Shown: positions 42,397 through 51,984 of the stretch, in pieces
Numbering within the stretch: the stretch's first letter is position 1
How the letters are laid out: each line of letters starts with the position of its first letter
DNA from: Spirochaetia bacterium
GTDB taxonomy: Bacteria; Spirochaetota; Spirochaetia; CAKZLE01
Assembly: GCA_963677595.1 (NCBI GenBank)
Contig: OY782041.1
Location: 2,144,001-2,208,000, forward strand
Direction: 5' to 3'
Length of the DNA stretch: 64,000 bases
Notes under the pieces: model-generated
Seen by the model: only the letters and a program-made list of their open reading frames with translations
What the model was told of the DNA's origin: nothing
Databases searched by the model: none
Translations under genes and position numbers: made by a program

Positions 42397-44178
42397 TTAA
42401 TTCTCGATACGCGGCTTCCGTGGTCGACCTCTCTTCTTCTTTGGCTCAACTTTCCTGATCTCATACCCGACATCACAACCCGGCGGGATCTCAAAGCCAA
42501 AAGCATTACAGATCTCTCGCTGTTTGCCTACAAAGGCTGTTATATGTTTTGCTGTTCCTGCATGCTCAATACACCTGATCGGCTTCATCTCATCAAGTAT
42601 TTCAAGCGATGTCGAGAATTGCTTTGTCAACGATTGTTTCCACGTATACCGCACCTGAGAGGCCAGCACCAGCGAGACGTACAGGATGAAGAGCCTTCCT
42701 GTCTTCCCTTCTTCCGACCAGTTTCGCTGTCGGTCACTGACCATCTGACTCTTCATCTGCTGGAAGTACTTCTCCTGTTCATCACGAAGATTGTAGGTCT
42801 CAAGCACTTCCATGCCGCCCATAGTCAGGTTGTGACTGGTAATGGAGAAGAAGCCAGACAACTCTTTGGCTTTACTGATCTTCTTGGCATCTCGCGTATA
42901 TCCAGTAATACGGTTCTCCTCTGAATCATAGGTCACGCTATAGTATTTGAACTGTTTCTTTATCTCAGCAGCAGTGTAGGGAGCGTCTTTCCCGATGAGT
43001 TCATCCAGCTCCTCCTGCATATCATAGAGGTCATCGGCAAGTTTCTTCAGTTCCAGCGTTCTCCGCATGGGATCAAAATAGAGGTTTACACAGAGGTTCT
43101 TCGCATGCGTTATCTTGTCCTTCTGGACACTCTGTACCGCATAGTCAACTCGCTGCTGCAGATAATAGATGCCAGATTCCCGGTCATATGACATCTCTTC
43201 GGGGCTATCAGTAAATGGAGCAAGCGACTTGATCACGTTCTTCACCAAGGTTTGCTGAACCTTGGTGCACATGATCATGGCCTTCCCTTTCAGGATATAG
43301 GTCTCAAGCGTCTCTATCTTTTCATAGCCACGGTCGGTCACCAGGATGGTGTCCGGGAATCCGGCATCATCAAGATCCTTGAAGATGGTCCGCAAGGATC
43401 TGCTGTCAATCATGTTCCCCGGGAATGTCCGGTAGTATACCGGTACATGGCTGCTGAGCGAGTAGACTACTACTTCATTGGTCTGGGGAAGTTTCAGCCC
43501 CTCCTTGTTCTTGCCCCAGCGAATGTCTGCAAGAGCGCTGCCATACGCAGTCCGGGACGTGGAATCAACAGCGCAGACTTCCCCCTTTTCGAGCCGGTTC
43601 AACCGTAGTCGCAACAGATCCATGCGATGCTGCTCGGTAATGCTCTGCGTCAGATGCGTAATGGCTGGCGGGTTCAGCGGTCTGTCTGACGGAGCTTTTA
43701 CAATCCGCTGCCAGCGTTCAACCCGGTTATAGGTGTACCCGGTAACATAGGGGAACATGGCAAGGGTAAGGATATCGTTCACCAGGGCCTTATTGCCATG
43801 GAAGACCTGCAGGAGGTCCTTGCGGATTCCGGTAGCTTCTGCAATCTTCTCGAGAAGCCAGATATGGCCATACAGGCGGTTCGTATCCTCATCTGAGGAT
43901 TCCGGTCTCCCCGGCGGCGGGTGAATCTCCTTGAAGGCAGCTGTCACATTCCACTCAGGAGGAAACACGAGGGCCTTCCGTACCTGTTCAGATGCATAGA
44001 GAAACTTATGATTCGGATTGAATACAAGCTCATCGGTGACTGTCCCGAAATGGACAGATTTGTACCGCTTCACCCCTGATTCAGTTTTGTACGGAACCTG
44101 AGCACGAGCGTATCGGTATCCTTGATTGATATGGAGGTTAAGATAGATCTTGTCATCGTTCCTGGGCGGTCTGGCCAT
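42397..44178 (-). CDS. IS1634-like transposase (IS-A), intact
   Basis: AVDSTS, WGKNKEG, PGNMID, TDRGY, YNLRDEQEKYF, GRLFI. Confidence 0.88.
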   Translation of the reverse strand: MARPPRNDDKIYLNLHINQGYRYARAQVPYKTESGVKRYKSVHFGTVTDELVFNPNHKFLYASEQVRKALVFPPEWNVTAAFKEIHPPPGRPESSDEDTNRLYGHIWLLEKIAEATGIRKDLLQVFHGNKALVNDILTLAMFPYVTGYTYNRVERWQRIVKAPSDRPLNPPAITHLTQSITEQHRMDLLRLRLNRLEKGEVCAVDSTSRTAYGSALADIRWGKNKEGLKLPQTNEVVVYSLSSHVPVYYRTFPGNMIDSRSLRTIFKDLDDAGFPDTILVTDRGYEKIETLETYILKGKAMIMCTKVQQTLVKNVIKSLAPFTDSPEEMSYDRESGIYYLQQRVDYAVQSVQKDKITHAKNLCVNLYFDPMRRTLELKKLADDLYDMQEELDELIGKDAPYTAAEIKKQFKYYSVTYDSEENRITGYTRDAKKISKAKELSGFFSITSHNLTMGGMEVLETYNLRDEQEKYFQQMKSQMVSDRQRNWSEEGKTGRLFILYVSLVLASQVRYTWKQSLTKQFSTSLEILDEMKPIRCIEHAGTAKHITAFVGKQREICNAFGFEIPPGCDVGYEIRKVEPKKKRGRPRKPRIEN

Positions 44179-44246
44179 GTGCGTCCCTCCTGTTAATAGC
44201 TAATTGTACTATTAAAAAGGAGGATTGTAAAGCTCTATGTTGTTAA

Positions 44247-46161
44247 CCTGAATTTCGTGAATTTTGTACATAGAGAATTTCTCGGTCAGTCGACCGGCAG
44301 TCCATGCTTCAGTTTCCGCTTCTTTAGCTCGTTCCTGACCAGCCGGGGAATGTCACTGCGGAGGTTCGACTCCTTGGTTACTGAGAACAGGTAGAACAGC
44401 TTCTGTACCTCTAACGGCAGCTCACACCACTGTCCCTTATCGAACGTCTTGCCGGCGGGCTTCCTCCATTTGGCACTGAATACCTCATCCCGTAGATCAC
44501 CGAATGTGTACTTGTCATACAGCAGGTACTCATCCATCTTACGCCTGATGTACATCTCCAGGATCGTAGTAAGGTAGACAAGAAAGATCTTCCCTTCCAG
44601 GTGTTCTTCCAAACTGTGTTTCGGGCGGCGCATCCGGCTCTTATAGGCCTCATAGTCCTTCTCGATGTAATCCCGGTTTCTCGTGATGGCCAGTACCCGC
44701 TGGGGAGTCAGCCCCACCGGTCCCAGAAACCCGAAGAACCCACATTCGTTTCTCTTCCGCGTCTGGGCTTCCTTATCATGCCTGGCAGCTATTACCTGGC
44801 CCTTGGCATCCCGGTCCACCTCAAAGTAGCGTCCGTAGAAATTGTTCGGTTTCCAGAGACTCCCATCCGCCTGCAGCGCCTCGAGACTATCAGCGAACTT
44901 CATGCTGAGCGCCTGCCGTTCCGCGATCTGTTTCTCCGCATTCACGAACAGGTACAGGCATACCTCATGCCGGTTGGGGCCTCGCCCCCTCCGGGGGGCA
45001 TCAATGCTGATCACCTTGGTGTAGGCATGTATCCGTTCTGATCGACAGAAGTTCTCCGTGTCGAGGATGACCGGTGCCGCTTCCTGGATGGCATCCTTAT
45101 AGATCCCGGCACTCAATGGCATCCCCATGAGGAACCGGAAGTTACTCTTGAGCACCATCTTCACGTTCGCCTGTGAGTAGAAGCCCCGGTCCATGACGAT
45201 GATCGCACCCTTGCGAAACTCAGCAGCACGCAATTCCTTGAGCGTGGTATCCAAGACGGTAGTGTCCGAATAGTTCCCTGGAAGTGAGCGGTAATACAGC
45301 GGGATGCCGCTGGCATTATCGCAGATCATCAGCAGGTTGATCTGCTGAAGGTCATCCCCTTCCTTGTTCTTCCCGTATTTCGCCGCTTCCAGCATCGCTG
45401 AATACGTCGAGATACTCGTCGTATCCAGGGCGCAGACAATCATCTCCTCGACTGGGTCTGCGGCAATGCGATGCTGCTGCATACGACGCTCAAAGTCGGT
45501 GAAGAACCGCTCCGTGGCGGCCGGGTCCACCGCTTCAAGTGCTGCGTTGATCCCGTATTCGGTCGGTTTGTCCACCAAGGTATGCCAGCACACATCATGG
45601 AAGTGCTTGGGCCGGAATAAGGCCCGGTGCGGATAGCTCATCATCGACTCGACGATCGTGAGCATCATCCGCCAATGTGAGGGAAAGACTTTCTTCAGAG
45701 CCAGCCAGAGTCCGGTCTGTTTGGCAGCAGCTTCCAACAATGCCGTGAACCCGTACATCTTGGATTCATAGGTATCAAGATCCCCGCGGACATAGGGGGC
45801 ATAGTACGGTTCTTCAACCAAACCGGTAGCCAACTGCTCTGCAGCGGAGAATGAGAGGAAGGTCTTGTTCGGTTCAAATTCACCCCTGGAATCGATCTTT
45901 CCGATGCAGTTTTTCTCGACTTTGGGGTACTTGTTGCCCGGAATATAGACCGAATGCCCCCAATAGAGGTAAGTGACACCAGATTTCTTGTTTTTATGGC
46001 GAATAATCTTGTTCTCAGCACTCATATATGTACAAGATTATACATATATAATCGCAGGTTGTCAACGCCGCAGAGAGAATCTATTTCTTTTTATTACAGA
46101 ATTTTATGCACACCGGAAAGGTGCCGAGAGGGACCTATGTACAAAAATACGGAAATTCAGG
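44247..46161 (-). mobile_element. IS-D (IS1634-like)
   Basis: Imperfect IRs CCTGAATTTCGTGAATTTTGTACATAG / CTATGTACAAAAATACGGAAATTCAGG; TSD TTGTTAA (7 bp; 9 bp GTTGTTAAC equally consistent). Confidence 0.88.
44286..46025 (-). CDS. IS1634-like transposase (IS-D)
   Basis: ALDTTSIS, YGKNKEGD, PGNYSD, MDRGFYS, RDYIEKDY, GKIFL. Confidence 0.88.
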   Translation of the reverse strand: MSAENKIIRHKNKKSGVTYLYWGHSVYIPGNKYPKVEKNCIGKIDSRGEFEPNKTFLSFSAAEQLATGLVEEPYYAPYVRGDLDTYESKMYGFTALLEAAAKQTGLWLALKKVFPSHWRMMLTIVESMMSYPHRALFRPKHFHDVCWHTLVDKPTEYGINAALEAVDPAATERFFTDFERRMQQHRIAADPVEEMIVCALDTTSISTYSAMLEAAKYGKNKEGDDLQQINLLMICDNASGIPLYYRSLPGNYSDTTVLDTTLKELRAAEFRKGAIIVMDRGFYSQANVKMVLKSNFRFLMGMPLSAGIYKDAIQEAAPVILDTENFCRSERIHAYTKVISIDAPRRGRGPNRHEVCLYLFVNAEKQIAERQALSMKFADSLEALQADGSLWKPNNFYGRYFEVDRDAKGQVIAARHDKEAQTRKRNECGFFGFLGPVGLTPQRVLAITRNRDYIEKDYEAYKSRMRRPKHSLEEHLEGKIFLVYLTTILEMYIRRKMDEYLLYDKYTFGDLRDEVFSAKWRKPAGKTFDKGQWCELPLEVQKLFYLFSVTKESNLRSDIPRLVRNELKKRKLKHGLPVD

Positions 46162-46465
46162 TTGTTAACTGGGAAAGAATTGTGCTATTTCTAGTACAAA
46201 TTTAATTAAAATTCATGATAACCGGGTTGAACGCTGGCAGCGGATTGTAAAAGCTCCGTCAGACAGACCGCTGAACCCGCCAGCCATTACGCATCTGACG
46301 CAGAGCATTACCGAGCAGCATCGCATGGATCTGTTGCGACTACGGTTGAACCGGCTCGAAAAGGGGGAAGTCTGCGCTGTTGATTCCACGTGAATATTCG
46401 CCCGCAATAGCACCGGTGGTGGCAAGAGCCAGCACCGGTGCCTCGCATGTTTAGCACCACCTAGA

Positions 46466-47221
46466 TCAGGCAGATCCTACCGAGCGTACCGTACTCATCG
46501 CTTCCCTCATATTGAGTTCTCCGGAGTCAAAGAAGATCGTAGAATGCACTATCCGATCAGTGATGGCATCAGCCTGGGGGCCTCCGCCGAGTCTATCTAG
46601 CCACTCTTCTGGGGTAAATTGCGTACAGAAGATGGTACTTCCGTTCTGGTATCGAGACTCGATCACCTCAAATACAAACGAAACCTGTATGGCATCCAAG
46701 ACGGATGACATCCATTCATCAATGATCAGCAGATCACAACTCTGTAACTTTCTTACCAGCTTACGCCGTCCTCCGACTTTGGGCTCTTGAAGCAGGAACT
46801 CTTCAAGAAGATCGGGCATGCGGTAATATCTCACCTTGTAACCGCTTATACAGGCCTGCTTCCCGATTGCACACGCCAGCCAGGTCTTCCCAACGCCGGT
46901 AGGACCACTGAAAGCGACATTATGCATGCATTTCACGAACGCACAGGATCCGAGCTGCAGCAAGAGACTTCTGTCGATGCCTCTCTTTTCGTAATGCACG
47001 GAGTGAATGTCTGCAGTCGGATACCGGAAATGGGCTCCCTTGACGAGACGTTTAATCTTGGCATCCTGCTTGAGTTGATACACATAGTCGATGATATATT
47101 GCATCCGCTCGTCGAAAGGCATTGTGTTAAATAGTACGTCATCCTGCTGCTTTTGGAGGATTTCGACCATTTCCGGTAAGTTAAGTTCTCTCAGCTTCCT
47201 GATGGATTCGTCATTGATCAC
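46466..47221 (-). CDS. istB: IS21 helper ATPase IstB
   Basis: GPTGVGKTWLA, LLIIDEW, ADAITDRIVH. Confidence 0.92.
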   Translation of the reverse strand: MINDESIRKLRELNLPEMVEILQKQQDDVLFNTMPFDERMQYIIDYVYQLKQDAKIKRLVKGAHFRYPTADIHSVHYEKRGIDRSLLLQLGSCAFVKCMHNVAFSGPTGVGKTWLACAIGKQACISGYKVRYYRMPDLLEEFLLQEPKVGGRRKLVRKLQSCDLLIIDEWMSSVLDAIQVSFVFEVIESRYQNGSTIFCTQFTPEEWLDRLGGGPQADAITDRIVHSTIFFDSGELNMREAMSTVRSVGSA

Positions 47222-48165
47222 TGGTTGCCTCCCTTGCCGAAGTTGCTGTAGTAATCGGCCCCTCTGGTGAACAGGGTTGGCTGATTGCTCTCCTTCTGTT
47301 TTGTTTCGAGGTCCTCCAGGTAGATCTGGTCTTGATTCGAGCTGAGGATAGAATTAAGATGGGCATACCGAGGGCTCCCGAACCCCTGCTTGAGGGCAAT
47401 CTGGCAAGCGATCTCGAGTCTCTCGTAGGTGTATTTCCTTCCAAGGCGAAGGATGGACAGGGCTGGGTTGAAGCCCTGTTCTTTCACCTCGACACTATCG
47501 AACACCCGCTGTACAATCACCGTGGTATTGTTGCCGATTTCGCAGGCCCACGCCAGGATGCGCTCCATCGACCATTCCTGAAACTGGCCATCTTTTGGCA
47601 TATCTTCCTGATCTGTCCGGTATTTGTTCTTGGCATACGGGCCAAAGACCTGATGGGTCTTGATCCGCTCCCCATTGTGGAAAATCTCAATTCGGCTTGT
47701 CATGACCTTGAGGTCCACTTTCTTTCCCAGATAGGCGTGGGGACAGGAGTAGAAGTTCTTCTTGAAGGCAACATGGCTGTTGAGCTGAACCTTTCGGTTG
47801 TAATACCAGGTGCTTGCCTCGTACGGATATTTCGGCAAGGGGTTCAGCCGGGGAAGCTCTTCTTCCGTGAAGCACAGATACCGACTCTTCTCCCGTTTCT
47901 GGAACTCCTCAGTATTGTATTCAGCGAGCTTCTCTTTAACGGCCTGTTTCAAGGATGCAAGCGAGGTAAAGGTGGTATTCCTGAGGCGTGCAATGATAGC
48001 CGTGGCCACATCCCCCACCACACCCTCAACCGTCGGCTTCTGTTTGGGTTTGCGGACCCCAGCGGGGAGGATGGCCGTCTTGTAATGAATGGCAAGTTCT
48101 TCATAGGCATCATTGAGGATGATCTCACCCTCCTTTGGATGTGCCGTAACACCCGTGAGCAGGTT
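47218..48165 (-). pseudogene. istA: IS21 transposase IstA, 5'-truncated
   Basis: NLLTGV, RKPKQKPTVEG, NFYSCP; sequence above 48165 is unrelated AT-rich DNA. Confidence 0.82.
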
Positions 48166-48268
48166 TAATGTAAAGAAATCATAATGGCAACGGATGTGGC
48201 TAATATAATTACTTGTAAGTAAATAATTAATGTTATTCTTACCATTATAAATCTCAACCAGGAGGTTC

Positions 48269-49510
48269 ATGATGGATGAACAACGAACAATTAAAGAATC
48301 GATTACGTTGATAAGAGATGTCATCGTTAATCACACAGAACAAAGTAAGGTCTTCTACGAACGCATTTTTAACCGCATCGAAAGCTTTGCGGAAGGCTAT
48401 CCTGAAGAAGCATCTGAAAAGGAAATTCTTTTTGCATTCTATGAAGATTTGACAGGAGAAAAACCTTTCTTAAAACCATCATCTGCGAAAGTGGGTTTTA
48501 TTCGAAAGACAGGGATTGTAATAAATCTCTACAGAATTATGTGTGGTCAGGAATTCGGCAAAAAAGCAGTATTCTTCGATGCAAATCAACGTATATGGTT
48601 TTCTCCAATGCTTGAAGCTTATGCTGACTGGCAGCAGGACTGTGGGAAAAGCAAGTTAACAATAGGAACGAGAATTGGAAGAATTAAGGTTCTGTTCAAT
48701 TACTTGGATCAAAGAGGGCTTTCAAGCATTTCAGATGCAAGCATTGAGGACTTTATTGAGTTCCCAGGTTACCTGAAAAATAGAGGTTACACTTCTCAGG
48801 GGTGTCACAACATACTCTATACCGTCAGAGATTACCTGAAGTCACCTAACGTGAAGAGGATGATTGGATGCAACCCCATGCCAATCTTTTCTCGAATGCA
48901 CACAAACAAGCATGAACGACTGCCATCTTACTATTCTGCAGAGGAAATCAGGAAGGTTTTGAGTTCGATAGATAGAGAGACATACATCGGTCGACTAGCC
49001 TACGCCTTCATGCTACTAGGATGTGTTTACGGTATCAGAAGCTGTGACATAAAGAACCTGAAGCTTGACTCCATCAACTGGGATGAAAGCAAGATTTCGT
49101 TTGTTCAGCACAAAACCAAAGTGCCGGTGGAATTTCCATTGCTGACTGAGGTCAAATTTGCACTCCTCGACTACATAAAGAATGCAAGACCAAAATGTGA
49201 TCTGCCTTTTGTATTCTTGCGAACCAGACCACCTATATCACCTTTTAGTCAGAACAATCACCTGTCTGATGTAATCAGGAAAGTATTCGAAAAAGCTGGC
49301 ATTGATACGACGGGAAAGCATTGCGGGCTACATTCTCTAAGGCATAGTCTTGCTACAACACTGACAGAGATGTCTGTGCCAATCAATGAAATCACGACGA
49401 TTCTTGGACATTCTTCAATGACACCTACACTCTCATACATTTGGTCCGACATCCCTCATCTACGACTTGCTGCAGAGGAGGTGCCGATCTATGCCAAGAC
49501 GTCCAAGTAA
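48269..49510 (+). CDS. Tyrosine recombinase (RitA-like)
   Basis: YGIRSCDI, QHKT, HSLRHSLAT, ILGH, catalytic Y, C-terminal LRLAAEEVP. Confidence 0.88.
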   Translation: MMDEQRTIKESITLIRDVIVNHTEQSKVFYERIFNRIESFAEGYPEEASEKEILFAFYEDLTGEKPFLKPSSAKVGFIRKTGIVINLYRIMCGQEFGKKAVFFDANQRIWFSPMLEAYADWQQDCGKSKLTIGTRIGRIKVLFNYLDQRGLSSISDASIEDFIEFPGYLKNRGYTSQGCHNILYTVRDYLKSPNVKRMIGCNPMPIFSRMHTNKHERLPSYYSAEEIRKVLSSIDRETYIGRLAYAFMLLGCVYGIRSCDIKNLKLDSINWDESKISFVQHKTKVPVEFPLLTEVKFALLDYIKNARPKCDLPFVFLRTRPPISPFSQNNHLSDVIRKVFEKAGIDTTGKHCGLHSLRHSLATTLTEMSVPINEITTILGHSSMTPTLSYIWSDIPHLRLAAEEVPIYAKTSK

Positions 49511-49561
49511 CCACATTATTGACCAGTTTGAAGACAATTGCTTTAAACCATACTTCATTAG
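49491..49561 (+). pseudogene. 5' stub of next RIT gene, cut by IS-E
   Basis: GGAGG RBS and ATG overlapping the recombinase end; frame cut by IS end at 49562. Confidence 0.45.
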
Positions 49562-51408
49562 CCTACGATAAACCGAAAAGTAGAACCATAATTTCGGCTT
49601 AACTCAAGCCCTTCATGCCTGCAGCTTCAGGGTCTCGGACTTGAACATCTTGAGGCTCAGAGAAGCCGGTACCTTCACCTTCAACTTCTGGTAGAAATCC
49701 CGTACCTGCTTGTTCGGGACTTCTACCAGCACCGTTCCGTCCCGCTTCTTCATACACATGAGTGATTGGGTCTTCCCGATCAACCGATTCGTGGAGATGC
49801 CCGGTCCTGAGAGCCTGCTTCGTAACTGCAGCAGGGCAATAGTCGCGATGATGTCTGAAAGCAACTTGCCCCTGACGGTGAGATCTGACCACTTTGACAG
49901 CGGCAGCAGATTCAGGTACTCCTTGCTGGTCTTGAATACCGTCTCGATCTGCGTCCTGCCGAAATAGTCATCAAGCTTTTCGTCAGCCTCCTTGAGTTCA
50001 GTGGAAAGCAGGATAAAGAACCCGAAGCGCACCGCATACCAGTTCTTCTCCTTATCGGTCATCTTACCGTACTCCGCTTCATGGTTCAGGCGGTACTTCC
50101 TATTCCCCTCCAAAGCATTGTCCTTGTCCACGTAGACATATGCATGCATCGGGCACCCGAAGACCTCGACCTCATAGTGCTTGCCGAAATAGGTATGTCC
50201 TTGGCGGATAAACTCATACTTGGCATTACTCATCAGTTTCTTAGCCTGATGATAGAGGGGTTTGTACGGGTATCCCTTCTTTGCCGGCATTCGGACAGTG
50301 ATGGTCTTCCCCTCTTCGTTTCCGCACTGGAACGCTTCGATCAGCTCCCGGCTGGCATAGCCTGCATCCAGTACGAAGTTGTTGATGCACACATCCAGAC
50401 TCTCTGCGACATCGGACATGGTCGATCGAAGCGTGCTCAGATCAAGGAGGTTTCCCGGGATCACGGTATACCATACCGGCAGGCCAGTCTTCTCATCAAG
50501 AATGAGCACCAGCCTCGTCTGGATGGAGGTGGAGGTGATCCCATGACTGCACAACGCATTGAACGGGTTGTCCCGAATGGTATTGGGTAAGGGCGTAGAA
50601 TCCACATAGCAGCCAACACCGAACTGTGGGTCCTTACGTCTCATATGGGAGACGAACGCCTTGAAGAATGCCATTCGGCTTGTATCCTCACCCATGAGAG
50701 AGAAGTAGACCGTATCGCTTCCCAGGGAGCCCAACGGGATGTTCTCAAAGAGGTAGGAGGCGAATGACTTCCCGATGAAGTCATCACAGGAGACCCGGGA
50801 ACCATCTTTCAAGACAGAGTGAAGGAGGTGGGTGAGTACGCGCTCATACTCCTTATCGTGGGAAAAAGCCCTCCTCAATACGGCAAGTAGCCCTGATTTT
50901 TCACACACGGTAAGAAAGAGGTACGCATCACCGAATACCGTATGGATCTCTGGTTCGGGGAACAGTACCTGTGATGAGATTCTCGGATCTTCCCGTTCGA
51001 CACTCGTAAAGGCATCAGGGACTGAATCATAGGCTACCAGCCCGCGTGTGGGAGACAGGAAGACCCCGCTTTTCCTGTCAGGGGAAATAGATACCACTTT
51101 CCCGAGTTTCTCTCGGGTGGTGTGGCGGGACCTCCCCTTGTAGGATGGATCATATTCAGTATCCATGATGGAAGCACTGCCGGAGCGGACACTGCCGTCA
51201 GGATCGAGAACCAATTTCTGCACTTTGATGAAAGCCATGAACCGGTACCTGCCTTTCCGAAGATATGGTGCTATGTAGAACCATACCTATAGTACAACAG
51301 AACAGGTAAACATGCAAGGGATACCGCAGGAATGCACGGAGAATGCAGGAATTTATAGGTTTTGCGTATCAGCAAGGACTATGGTTCTACTTTTCTGTTT
51401 ATCGTAGG
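49562..51408 (-). mobile_element. IS-E (IS1634/IS4-like), no target duplication
   Basis: 29 bp IRs CCTACGATAAAC(C/A)GAAAAGTAGAACCATA with 1 mismatch; flanks differ. Confidence 0.88.
49613..51238 (-). CDS. IS-E DDE transposase
   Basis: YVDSTP, PGNLLD, LDAGY, YFGRTQIETVFKTSK, GKLL. Confidence 0.86.
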   Translation of the reverse strand: MAFIKVQKLVLDPDGSVRSGSASIMDTEYDPSYKGRSRHTTREKLGKVVSISPDRKSGVFLSPTRGLVAYDSVPDAFTSVEREDPRISSQVLFPEPEIHTVFGDAYLFLTVCEKSGLLAVLRRAFSHDKEYERVLTHLLHSVLKDGSRVSCDDFIGKSFASYLFENIPLGSLGSDTVYFSLMGEDTSRMAFFKAFVSHMRRKDPQFGVGCYVDSTPLPNTIRDNPFNALCSHGITSTSIQTRLVLILDEKTGLPVWYTVIPGNLLDLSTLRSTMSDVAESLDVCINNFVLDAGYASRELIEAFQCGNEEGKTITVRMPAKKGYPYKPLYHQAKKLMSNAKYEFIRQGHTYFGKHYEVEVFGCPMHAYVYVDKDNALEGNRKYRLNHEAEYGKMTDKEKNWYAVRFGFFILLSTELKEADEKLDDYFGRTQIETVFKTSKEYLNLLPLSKWSDLTVRGKLLSDIIATIALLQLRSRLSGPGISTNRLIGKTQSLMCMKKRDGTVLVEVPNKQVRDFYQKLKVKVPASLSLKMFKSETLKLQA

Positions 51409-51696
51409 TTGAGTCAGCCGGTGTTCATTACTGATGGTAATGATTTATCAGAATATGATGAGCTTGCCAGTCGGTATGAGACGATCCAGAATCGGCTCAG
51501 GCACATCTCATTAGAGGTCACTAACCGGAAGCAGAAGATATCACAAATAGGACGGTTCTGCCGGATGATACAAGAGACTGATGAAGTCATCACGGAGTTC
51601 TACCCCGAGCAGTTTATTGTCTTGGTGGATTACATGGCGGTGTATTATGGAAAGGGGGATATCAGGGTGACATTTAGGGATGGGACAACGTTATAG
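51409..51696 (+). pseudogene. C-terminal remnant of a large serine recombinase-like gene
   Basis: Coiled coil then ITEF...LVDYMAVY..GDIRVTFRDGT typical of these C-termini. Confidence 0.6.
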
Positions 51697-51984
51697 TTAT
51701 ATTTCTTATCTAAGCAGAGAATACCTATAACACGCACGATGACTCTGAGGTGAGAAAGTATCTGCAGTTGGTAAGAAAGTCAAAATCACTATGTCATAGA
51801 TAGCTATCTATAAATTATAGGCAGTAATCAGAATTATTTATTGAATTTCTGCACGAATACATTTATGATTTTATTGAGTAATGGTAAATATGATCGAACT
51901 CTTTAGATTATTATAAGTTTAATTACTTATGAGTCAGGCAAAACTTGTACCCGAAATAAGTATGCAAATTCCAAGGGGGAAGTT

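Larger units (their letters stand above)
42371..46217 (-). mobile_element. IS-A copy 2, inserted inverted into copy 1, carrying IS-D
   Basis: Ends CATGAATTTT.../...AAAATTCATG; 7 bp TSD ATAACCG at 42364-42370 and 46218-46224. Confidence 0.9.
37016..46390 (+). mobile_element. IS-A copy 1 (IS1634-like), fragmented: 37016-37088, 41864-42370, 46218-46390
   Basis: Left end CATGAATTTTAATTAAATTTGTACT and coding pieces match the reverse complement of copy 2; right part missing. Confidence 0.85.
46391..48165 (-). mobile_element. IS21-family element, right half only
   Basis: End begins TGAATATTC with repeated AGCACC(GGTG) motifs; istB and 3' istA present. Confidence 0.82.
48166..49561 (+). mobile_element. 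Left part of a RIT (recombinase-in-trio)-like element
   Basis: End TAATGtaaagaaatcaTAATGgc, RitA-like gene and overlapping start of a second ORF. Confidence 0.6.

Noticed and set aside
41916-42458. Independent 180 aa protein
   Set aside because: Truncated IS-A transposase reading into the end of the inserted second copy
47218-48324. Full-length 368 aa ORF
   Set aside because: First ~53 codons are read-through into the RIT-like end; only the part below 48165 is istA
51343-51696. Intact 117 aa gene
   Set aside because: Starts inside the IS-E end; only 51409 onward is a recombinase-like remnant
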